A stretch of 64,000 bases of DNA from an uncultured Gemmatimonadales bacterium. Its GTDB lineage: Bacteria > Gemmatimonadota > Gemmatimonadetes > Gemmatimonadales > GWC2-71-9. Shown here piece after piece: positions 22,612 through 30,734 of this stretch (within the stretch, counting starts at the first letter, position 1; the number at the start of each line of letters is the position of its first letter). Under the pieces are notes generated by a model that searched no databases, was not told the origin of the DNA, and was given only the letters and a program-made list of their open reading frames with translations. The DNA lies in NCBI GenBank assembly GCA_963748815.1, contig CAVVKJ010000009.1, forward strand, positions 1-64,000. Reading direction: 5' to 3'. Made by a program: the position numbers and the translations under genes.

Positions 22612-24117
22612 ATGAAAGCACCTCTCATCGTCCTCGCGCTTGCCGGTACGCTCGGCGTTGCCTCTGCGCAAGCGCAGGAGACCGCGAAATACAAGCAGGA
22701 CATGACGGCGGCATCGATCCCGGACAAGGTCCAGACCGTGGCCGGCACGCTGGAGTTCTTTGACGGCGTCCCGATCGGCAAGACAAACGACCTGGTCTAC
22801 GACTATCTCGACCGCTCGCGCGGCCTCGGCGTCTATCTCGATAACGTCGGTGCCGTCTCGATTTACGCGGTGCTCGCCGCGATCGCGGACCAGGGCGCGG
22901 ACGCGCCGAACAAGATTGCCATCTGGGAACAGCTGATGGACTCCCGGACCCCGGTCATCACCTCCAATACATCGACGATGTACGCCTATTCCGGCACCGA
23001 CCTGGCCAACGATGGGCCGACGGTCATCGAGGTTCCGCCGGGCATGCTCGGCTTTCTCGATGACGGCTGGCAGCGTTTCGTCGGGAATATCGGCGTTGCC
23101 GGACCGGACAAGGGCAAGGGGGGCAAGTACCTCGTGGTGCCGCCCGGATACACCGGCACCGTGCCCGAGGGCTACTACCTGCTGAAGCCGTCGACCAACA
23201 AGAACTTCCTGTTTTTGCGCGGCTCCATCAAGGATGGCCTCAAGGCCGCGGCCGACAACTTCAAGCAGGGATTACGGGTCTATCCCCTCAAGGATGCGGC
23301 CAATCCGGCGCCGACCCAGTTCGTCAACATGTCGGGCAGGACATTCACCACGATCTTCCCGAGCGATTTCTCCTACTTCGAGATTCTCAACACCATCGTG
23401 CAGGAAGAGCCGATCGAGGCGATCGGCCCCGAAGTGCGCGGGTACCTGGCCTCCATCGGCATCGTCAAGGGCCAGCCGTTCAGTCCCGATGCCCGGATGA
23501 AGAACCTGCTGACGGAGGCGGCCACGCTCGGCAACGCCGCCGGTCGCTCCATCACGTACGACCCCCGGATCGGCGGGGTGTACATCTACCCCGGCACCGA
23601 CCTCAACTGGGTCATGGGATACGCAAACAAGAACACCTCGTTTGAGGCCGACGGCGCCATGGGCCTCGATGCGCGGGTGCTCTTCTACTACAACGCCGGC
23701 GGGGTAACACCGGCCATGGCGGTGACGATTCCGGGAGCCGGCTCCGATTACGCGCTGGCCTTTCTGGATGCCGACAAGCAGCCATTCGACGGTTCCAAGA
23801 CCTACCGGCTGCACCTGCCGCCCAACGTCCCTGTCAACGACTTCTGGGCCGTCACGCTCTACGACACCCAGACCCGCACCCAGCTGCAGACCAGTCAGCT
23901 CTTCCCGACCGTCGGCAGCCAGTCCAATGGCATCAAGAAGAACGCAGACGGTTCGTACGACCTCTATTTCGCGCCGAAAGCCCCGGCGGGAGAGGCCGGC
24001 AACTGGCTGGCCACCAACCCCGGCAAGAGCTGGTTCGCGATCCTGCGCATGTATGGTCCGCTGGAGCCGTGGATCAACAAGACCTGGCGGCCAGGCAACA
24101 TCGAGTTGGCGAAGTAG
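22612..24117 (+). CDS. Secreted DUF1254/DUF1214-family protein
   Basis: Signal peptide; TSNTSTMY, GPTVIEVPP, GPDKGKGGKYLVVPP, FWAVTLYD, GNWLATNPGK, LRMYGP. Confidence 0.85.
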   Translation: MKAPLIVLALAGTLGVASAQAQETAKYKQDMTAASIPDKVQTVAGTLEFFDGVPIGKTNDLVYDYLDRSRGLGVYLDNVGAVSIYAVLAAIADQGADAPNKIAIWEQLMDSRTPVITSNTSTMYAYSGTDLANDGPTVIEVPPGMLGFLDDGWQRFVGNIGVAGPDKGKGGKYLVVPPGYTGTVPEGYYLLKPSTNKNFLFLRGSIKDGLKAAADNFKQGLRVYPLKDAANPAPTQFVNMSGRTFTTIFPSDFSYFEILNTIVQEEPIEAIGPEVRGYLASIGIVKGQPFSPDARMKNLLTEAATLGNAAGRSITYDPRIGGVYIYPGTDLNWVMGYANKNTSFEADGAMGLDARVLFYYNAGGVTPAMAVTIPGAGSDYALAFLDADKQPFDGSKTYRLHLPPNVPVNDFWAVTLYDTQTRTQLQTSQLFPTVGSQSNGIKKNADGSYDLYFAPKAPAGEAGNWLATNPGKSWFAILRMYGPLEPWINKTWRPGNIELAK

Positions 24118-24160
24118 GCAACACGCTCGTGCGGTCCGATCCGTGCGGAGTAGGCTCGCC

Positions 24161-26815
24161 CTACTCCGCGCGGATCGCGACGGCGGGATCGATCCCCGCA
24201 CTCCGCCTGGCCGGCCACCAGCTGGCCAGGAACCCGACCAGCAACAGCAGGCCAATGGCGAGCCCGAACGTCGTCGCGTCCCCCGGCTCCACCCCGTACA
24301 GCAACGCCCGCATCAAGCGGGTGCCCACCACGGCGCCGATCCCACCGACGACGATGCCGATGCCGATGACCGCCATGGCGCCCCCCTGCACCAGCCGCTG
24401 CACCCGCGATGGCTCGGCGCCGAGCGCAATGCGAATCCCGATTTCGCGCGTCCGCTGGGCCACGGTGTACGCCACCACGCCGTGAATGCCCAGCCCCGCC
24501 AGCAGCAGCGCCACCAGGGCGAACGACGCCAGCACCACCATGGTGAAGCGCCGGTCGGCGATCGTGGACGCGAGCCGTTCCTCCATGGTGCGGAACTCCA
24601 GCGGCAAGGTGGGATCGATGCCGTGCACCACCTTCGAGAGCATCGGCGCCAGCGCCGCGGGGTCCCCCGTCGTGCGCACCACCAGCTGCATCGAACGGGT
24701 CCGGTAGGGATTCTGCGAATAGGGATACCAATAGGCCTCGCGCCGTGGACCGGTGATGGCCCCCTGCGGGATATCGGCGACCACGCCGATGACCGTGCCG
24801 TAGGGCTCCTCTCCCCCATCCATGCCGTACACCCGGAAGTGCCTCCCGATGGGATCCTGGCCGGGCCACTCGCGCTCGGCCAGTCCCTGGGTGACGATCA
24901 CCACGCGAGGTGCACCCGCCCGGTCCCCGTCGTTGAACGGCCGACCCGCGAGCAGGGGAATGCCCATCGCCTCGAAGTAGTCGGTGCTGGCGGTGCGGTA
25001 GATGGCGTACCCGGTGAAGGGCCCCCCTGGCAGCGTCGGCTTCCCCTCCACCTGGATGGCGCCACTGGGCTGGTTTCCTTCGAGGGGGAGGCGGTTGGTC
25101 ACACCCGCCGCCACGACCCCCGGCGCATCCGCCAGCGCCGCGAGGAGTCGATCATGAAAGGCGACCGCCTGCTGCACATCCGGATAGGCGGCGTCCGGCA
25201 GGTCGAGAAGGGCCGTCAGGACGCCCTCGGCCCGAAATCCGGGGTCGATCCGGGTAATGGCAGAGAACGACCGGAGGAGCAGGCCTGACCCGCTGAGCAG
25301 GATGACCGCGAGGGCCACCTCCACCGCCACCAGCGTGGACCAGAGGCGCCGGCTCTTCCGTGAGCCGCTGTGCCGGGTGCCTTCGCGCATGGCCGTGGCC
25401 GGCCGTACTCCCGACATACGCATCGCCGGGAGCAGCCCGAAGAGCACGGCCGTCAGCAGCGTGAGCAGCAGCGAAAATCCGAGCACGCGGAGGTCGAAAG
25501 GCGCCCCCTCGCTCGGCACCATCGTGGGGGGCGCCAGCAGGAGGAGGCCGCGCTGCACGACCAGCGCCACCCCGAGTCCCGCCCCGCAGCCGAGGAGGGC
25601 GATCAGCAGGCTCTCGGTAAAGACCTGGCGGACCAGGCGGCCGCGGCCAGCGCCGATGGCGGCGCGGACGGCCAGCTCCTGCGCCCGCGCCGCCCCGCGC
25701 ACCAGCATGCTGCTGGCCAGGTTGGTGCACGCGGCAATGAGGAGGAGGCCCGAGGCGGCGAGCAGGAGGTAAAGCGGCTCCTTGAGCGGGCCCGCTTCGA
25801 GGTCCCGAAGTGGGGTCACGGTGGCGCCGACCGCGTCAAAGTCCGGCAGGTATTGTTCGCGCATCGGCACCGTGAGCGCGTCGAGCTCCCGGTCGGCGTC
25901 GACCGGGGCCAGCCCCGCCTTCAGCCGCGCCACGACCGAATAGTTGTGGGACGTCCGGCTCTCGTTCCGACCGAACAGTTCGATCGGGAACCAGAGGTCG
26001 CTCTCGTCGGGGAATCCGAAGCCCTGGGGCAGGACTCCCACCACCTGGAAATCATATTCGGATCGGAGCCGTCGATCCGTGAGGTCCGTCGCGCCGCCGA
26101 GGCGGTCCTGCCAGAATCGGTAGCTGACCACCGCCACCGGCGGTGCGCCGACCGCGAACTCGTCGGGCGCCGGCAGCCGGCCGAGGACCGGCTGCACCCG
26201 CATGACCCGGAAGAAATCCGCCGACACCGCCGTGCTCCGTACCCGCGACGGGATGTCCGCGCCAAGCAGGGTGCCGATGTCACTCCCATAGGCGGCCATG
26301 CCCTCGAACGAGTGCGCCTGCGCCCGCCAGTCGTGGAAGTTCGGCTCCGCGAGGTCGGACGCGCCTCCGCGCTCCCCCGTCTCGAATACCCTGACCAGTT
26401 GCTCGGGCTGGTCGTAGGGCAGCGGGCGGAGGAGGACGCCGTTGACCACCGAGAAGATGGCGGTGTTGGCGCCGATGCCGAGGGCCAGCGTCAACACCGC
26501 GCCCACGGTGAAGGCCGGCGCGCGGCGAAGAATGCGGACGGCAAAGCGCACGTCGTGAATCAGCGCCCCGAACCACTCGTCCCGCCGCCGGCTGCGCCGC
26601 GCGCGCACCGTGATTTCGCGGCATTCCTCGGTCACGGAAGGCACATCGCCGAAGGCGCGCACCGCCTCCGCCCGCGCATCCTCGGGCGTCCGCCCCTCGG
26701 CGATCAGCGCCTCGGTTCGCATCTCGATGTGGTGGGCAATCTCCAGGCGGACATCGTCGTCCACCGGTTTCTGGCGGGAGAGCGGCAGCGGGTCGTGCGA
26801 CCGCCGGCGGCTCAT
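24161..26815 (-). CDS. ADOP-like ABC permease with N-terminal helical prefix domain
   Basis: Start MSRRRS overlapping padR stop; prefix DDVRLEIAHHIEMRTEALIAEGRTPEDARAEAVRAFGD; duplicated permease motifs. Confidence 0.9.
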   Translation of the reverse strand: MSRRRSHDPLPLSRQKPVDDDVRLEIAHHIEMRTEALIAEGRTPEDARAEAVRAFGDVPSVTEECREITVRARRSRRRDEWFGALIHDVRFAVRILRRAPAFTVGAVLTLALGIGANTAIFSVVNGVLLRPLPYDQPEQLVRVFETGERGGASDLAEPNFHDWRAQAHSFEGMAAYGSDIGTLLGADIPSRVRSTAVSADFFRVMRVQPVLGRLPAPDEFAVGAPPVAVVSYRFWQDRLGGATDLTDRRLRSEYDFQVVGVLPQGFGFPDESDLWFPIELFGRNESRTSHNYSVVARLKAGLAPVDADRELDALTVPMREQYLPDFDAVGATVTPLRDLEAGPLKEPLYLLLAASGLLLIAACTNLASSMLVRGAARAQELAVRAAIGAGRGRLVRQVFTESLLIALLGCGAGLGVALVVQRGLLLLAPPTMVPSEGAPFDLRVLGFSLLLTLLTAVLFGLLPAMRMSGVRPATAMREGTRHSGSRKSRRLWSTLVAVEVALAVILLSGSGLLLRSFSAITRIDPGFRAEGVLTALLDLPDAAYPDVQQAVAFHDRLLAALADAPGVVAAGVTNRLPLEGNQPSGAIQVEGKPTLPGGPFTGYAIYRTASTDYFEAMGIPLLAGRPFNDGDRAGAPRVVIVTQGLAEREWPGQDPIGRHFRVYGMDGGEEPYGTVIGVVADIPQGAITGPRREAYWYPYSQNPYRTRSMQLVVRTTGDPAALAPMLSKVVHGIDPTLPLEFRTMEERLASTIADRRFTMVVLASFALVALLLAGLGIHGVVAYTVAQRTREIGIRIALGAEPSRVQRLVQGGAMAVIGIGIVVGGIGAVVGTRLMRALLYGVEPGDATTFGLAIGLLLLVGFLASWWPARRSAGIDPAVAIRAE

Positions 26816-27162
26816 GCGATTGCCCCGGTCGGTCGCGTCTCCAGGGCGCGGGCCATGGCGGACACGTACCGGCTCCACGCGGTCATCTCGGTCTTGAGCT
26901 GCCGGCGGCCAGCCGGGGTCAGGGCGTAGACCTTGGCCTCGCGGCCGGTGGCGGTGGTCTGCCACGACGCCTCGAGCAGCCCCTTCTCCTCCAGCCGGCG
27001 CAGCGCCGGGTAGAGGGCTCCCTCCTCGATGTGCAGCTCGTCACCGGTCGTCTGCTGGATCCACCGGGAGATGGCGTACCCATGGCTGGGACCCCAGCCA
27101 AGCGTCTTGAGGATCAGGATGTCGAGGGTGCCCTTGAGGAGGGGCAGCGGGGGGTGGGCCAT
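26812..27162 (-). CDS. padR: PadR-family transcriptional regulator
   Basis: LLKGTLDILILKTL...HGYAIS...GALYPALRRLE..GLL...AKVYALT. Confidence 0.93.
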   Translation of the reverse strand: MAHPPLPLLKGTLDILILKTLGWGPSHGYAISRWIQQTTGDELHIEEGALYPALRRLEEKGLLEASWQTTATGREAKVYALTPAGRRQLKTEMTAWSRYVSAMARALETRPTGAIA

Positions 27163-27189
27163 GGAGACCTCGGCGATGGGTGACTGTCT

Positions 27190-27242
27190 TATACCTTAGT
27201 ATCTTATGTATAATGGACGGCCCCCACACCCGAAAGGTTGCA
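27190..27242 (-). promoter_or_regulatory. ECF-type promoter plus palindromic putative PadR operator
   Basis: Minus strand TGCAAC-N17-CGTC (27216-27242); TATACC-N11-TGTATA at 27190-27212. Confidence 0.65.
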
Positions 27243-27250
27243 GCGCCCCG

Positions 27251-28636
27251 CTAGGACGTTCCGCGCGGCCTCCCCACCGCCTGGTAGCTCCCCGACCGGA
27301 ACGCCCCCGCCGACTCCCGGAACTGCGGCGCCCGGGGAATCCGGACGATGGCCCGGCACCCCGTCACGTCCTTCCGGTCCTCCAGCACCAGCGTCCCCCC
27401 ATGCGCCTCGGCAATGCGCCGGGACAACGCCAGCCCGATGCCGGAGCCCCCCGGTTTGGTGGTGTAAAACGGCACGAAGAGGTTCTCCGAGCCCGCCAGC
27501 CCTGTCCCCTCGTCTTCCACCACCAGCTCCACCTCGTCCCGCCGCAGCTCCCAGCGGATCCGCACGCCGCCCCCGGTGCTCTCGACGGCGTCCACGGCGT
27601 TCCGCACCAGGTTGATCAGAAGCTGATCCATCTGGTCGCGGTCGGCCATGACCTGACCATCCTCCCCGGGCGCCACCGCCACCTCGCGCCGGGACTCCAT
27701 CGCGACGGTCCGCGAGACCCAGCCCGCCACCGACATCGGCTGCAGCACCGGCCTCGGCAGCCGGGCCAGCCGGGCGTAGGAGGCGATGAACCGCCCCAGC
27801 GACTCCGCCCGCTGTTCGATCACCGAGAGCCCCTCGCGGAGGTCGGCGTCGCTCTCGGGATCGCGCGCGGTCCGGTCCACCAGCGCGCGCAGCGACCCCG
27901 CAAAGCTCCGGATCGGCGCCAGCGAGTTGTTGATTTCATGGGAGAGCACGCGGATCAGCCGCTGCCAGGCCTCGCGCTCCTCCGCCTGCAGCGCCCGGTG
28001 CACGTCGGTCAGCAGCACCAGGGTGTGGGAGCGGCCCTCCTGCCGGAATCCGCTCCGCCGCAGTTCCCAGCGGTTGGCGTAGGCGCCGCGCTGGTCGAGC
28101 ACCCGCGGCGTCTCCCCCTCGAGGCAATCCGCCAGGCCCAGCGCGGACGCATGCCGCCCCACCAGGCGCTCGGCGGGCTCGTCCAGCAGCCGCTCCCCGC
28201 CGCGGTTGACGAACACCAGGGTGCCGGTGGCGTCGTCGAAGGTAAAGACCGCGGCGTCGATCTCCGCCATGACGGTCCGCACCAGCGCCGTCGCCTCGAT
28301 GACGCCGAGCCGCTGGCCGCGGAGCAGGTCGGCGAGGGCGTTCGCCTCGAGGTACAGCAAGCCGATGTCGTCGCCGGGGTCGAGGGTGCGCGCGCGGAGG
28401 GAAAAGTCCCCTTCGCGCATCGCGGCCAGCAGGTTGGAAATGGTCTGCAGCGGACGAATGACGCGGGTGTGGAGGAGGGTCAGCCCCGCGGCCAGGCAGG
28501 CCAGGATGAGGAGGGTGGCGGTCCACTGGAGCCGCGGCGTGTAGGGTCCGAGCCAGAGGAGCCCGAGCGCCACCGCGACGGCGGGCAGGGCGGCCGCGGC
28601 CGCAATCGCCACCAGGCGTGAGGGCTGGGAAATCAC
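27251..28636 (-). CDS. Membrane sensor histidine kinase (HAMP/PAS/HATPase)
   Basis: Two N-terminal TM helices; LSHEINNSL H-box, NLVRNA, DEGTG, FYTTK, GSGIGL. Confidence 0.92.
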   Translation of the reverse strand: MISQPSRLVAIAAAAALPAVAVALGLLWLGPYTPRLQWTATLLILACLAAGLTLLHTRVIRPLQTISNLLAAMREGDFSLRARTLDPGDDIGLLYLEANALADLLRGQRLGVIEATALVRTVMAEIDAAVFTFDDATGTLVFVNRGGERLLDEPAERLVGRHASALGLADCLEGETPRVLDQRGAYANRWELRRSGFRQEGRSHTLVLLTDVHRALQAEEREAWQRLIRVLSHEINNSLAPIRSFAGSLRALVDRTARDPESDADLREGLSVIEQRAESLGRFIASYARLARLPRPVLQPMSVAGWVSRTVAMESRREVAVAPGEDGQVMADRDQMDQLLINLVRNAVDAVESTGGGVRIRWELRRDEVELVVEDEGTGLAGSENLFVPFYTTKPGGSGIGLALSRRIAEAHGGTLVLEDRKDVTGCRAIVRIPRAPQFRESAGAFRSGSYQAVGRPRGTS

Positions 28637-28639
28637 GGA

Positions 28640-30004
28640 CTACTGCAGCCCGTACCGCTCCAGCCGCCGGTACATCGCGCTGCGGCTGAGCCCGAGGGCC
28701 TTCGCGGCCTCGGACACGTTGTGGCCGGTCCGCGCCAGCGCCTTCCGGATCAGGACCTGTTCCACCTGCTCCAGCGTCATCTGGTCGAGCTGCACGCTTG
28801 CGCTCTCCTGCGGCGCCAGCGACAGATCGGCCACCCGCAGCTGCGCCGCGTCGGCCAGCAGCACGGCGCGCTCGATGGCGTGATCGAGCTCCCGGATGTT
28901 GCCGGGCCAGCCGTAGCTCAGCACCGTGGCCATCGCGTCGGGATGGAAACCCTGCATCGGCTTGCGATAGTGCGCGGCGTACTTCGCGAGGAAATGCGCG
29001 GCGAGGTGGGGAATGTCCTCGCGCCGGTCGCGCAGGGCGGGGATCACGATCTCGACGGTGTTCAGGCGATAGAGCAGGTCTTCCCGAAACCGGCCGGCCG
29101 CCACCTCGCCCCGTACGTCGGCGTTGGTGGCGCTGAAGACCCGGGTCGACACGGTGCGGGTGCGCGACGAGCCGACCCGCTCGAATTCGCCCGTGTTGAG
29201 CACCCGAAGCAGCTTGGCCTGCTGGCTCGGCGTGATGTTCGCGATTTCATCGAGGAAGAGCGTCCCGCGGTCGGCCAGTTCGAAGCGGCCGATGCGGTCG
29301 GCCTTCGCGTCGGTGAACGCCCCCTTCGAGTGGCCGAACAGCTCGCTCTCGAACACCCCTTCCGAGAGGCCGCCGACGTTGACCGTGATCATCGGCCGGC
29401 CGGCCCGGTTGCTCGCCGCGTGGAGCCACCGCGCCGCGATCTCCTTGCCGACGCCGTGCTCGCCGAGGATCAGCGCGTTGGCGTCCGACGGGGCCACCCG
29501 CTCCATCAGCCGGGCGGTGGCGCGCATCGCGGGCGATTCGGTGACGAGGTCGGGAATGCCGGCGCCGCGCAGCGCCTGGTTCTCGCCCTCGAGCCGCTCG
29601 CCGAGGCGCAGCGCGCGGCCCAGCTCCACCTGGGTGCGGAGCAGCGCCACCAGCCGGGTGTTGTCCCACGGCTTTTCGAGATAGTCCCGCGCCCCCTGGC
29701 GCATCGCCTCCACCGCCCCCTCCACGCTGCCGAACGCCGTCATCACGACGACCGGGAGGGAGGCGTCGAGCTGCCGGATCCGGGCGAGGACGTCGAGTCC
29801 TTCGCGGCCGGAGGTGGTGTCGCGGGTGTAGTTGAGGTCCATCAGGAGGGCGTCGAACTCCGCGCGTTCCAGCGCGGCCAGGACACCGGCGGGCGAGGCC
29901 GCGGTTTCCACCGCAAACCCCTCCTGCCGGAGGAGCAGGCGGAGGGCCTGCAGGATGTCCGCCTGGTCATCGGCGACGAGGATGCGGGGCGCGGGAGTTC
30001 CCAT
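28640..30004 (-). CDS. NtrC-family sigma54-dependent response regulator (REC-AAA+-Fis HTH)
   Basis: ILVADD, GEHGVGKE, ELFGHSKGAFTDA, LFLDEI, WPGNIREL, C-terminal HTH. Confidence 0.93.
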   Translation of the reverse strand: MGTPAPRILVADDQADILQALRLLLRQEGFAVETAASPAGVLAALERAEFDALLMDLNYTRDTTSGREGLDVLARIRQLDASLPVVVMTAFGSVEGAVEAMRQGARDYLEKPWDNTRLVALLRTQVELGRALRLGERLEGENQALRGAGIPDLVTESPAMRATARLMERVAPSDANALILGEHGVGKEIAARWLHAASNRAGRPMITVNVGGLSEGVFESELFGHSKGAFTDAKADRIGRFELADRGTLFLDEIANITPSQQAKLLRVLNTGEFERVGSSRTRTVSTRVFSATNADVRGEVAAGRFREDLLYRLNTVEIVIPALRDRREDIPHLAAHFLAKYAAHYRKPMQGFHPDAMATVLSYGWPGNIRELDHAIERAVLLADAAQLRVADLSLAPQESASVQLDQMTLEQVEQVLIRKALARTGHNVSEAAKALGLSRSAMYRRLERYGLQ

Positions 30005-30016
30005 CAGGCAGGGAAT

Positions 30017-30682
30017 CTACTCCGTCACGAGCCATCCGTCATTGAGGCGGATGATCCGGTCCCCGTACTGGGCGTTCTCGTGGGAGTGGGTGACCTGGAT
30101 GATCGTGGTGCCGGCGCGGTGGAGGGTCCGGAAGAGCTCCATGATTTCCCGCCCCTGCTCGGAGTGCAGGTTGCCGGTCGGCTCGTCGGCCAGCAGGAGC
30201 GCCGGCTTGGCGATGACCGCGCGGGCCACCCCCACCAGCTGCTGCTGGCCCCCGGAGAGCTGGGCCGGGAAGAGGTCCTTCTTGCCGACGATGTTGAAGC
30301 GGTCGAGGGTGTCGGCCACGATGGCCTGGCGTTCCTTCGCCGGCACGTTCCGGTAGCCGAGGGGGACGTCGAGGTTCTCGGCGACGGTCAGGTCGTCGAG
30401 CAGGTGGTACTTCTGGAAGACGAAGCCGATCGAGGCCCGCGCCAGGTTGTGCCGGTTCCGGGGCGACATGGCGTGCACCGCCTGGTCGTTGAACCAGAAC
30501 TCCCCGGAGTGATCGGCGTCGAGCATGCCCAGGATGGAGAGCAGCGTGGACTTGCCCGCCCCGGACGGCCCCATGATGGTCACGAACTCACCGGCCGAGA
30601 CCGACAGGGAGATCTGTCGGAGCAGGTAGGTCGGCGACGGGCGGGTGGGCACCGTCTTCTCGAGATTGACGAGGCGGATCAC
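30017..30682 (-). CDS. ABC transporter ATP-binding protein (MacB/LolD-type)
   Basis: GPSGAGKST, LSGGQQQ, LLADEPTGNL, TH. Confidence 0.93.
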   Translation of the reverse strand: MIRLVNLEKTVPTRPSPTYLLRQISLSVSAGEFVTIMGPSGAGKSTLLSILGMLDADHSGEFWFNDQAVHAMSPRNRHNLARASIGFVFQKYHLLDDLTVAENLDVPLGYRNVPAKERQAIVADTLDRFNIVGKKDLFPAQLSGGQQQLVGVARAVIAKPALLLADEPTGNLHSEQGREIMELFRTLHRAGTTIIQVTHSHENAQYGDRIIRLNDGWLVTE

Positions 30683-30734
30683 GGGAACCCTGCTGGAGGA
30701 AGAGAGAACCGGAAAGGTAGCGGCGCAGGCATCA

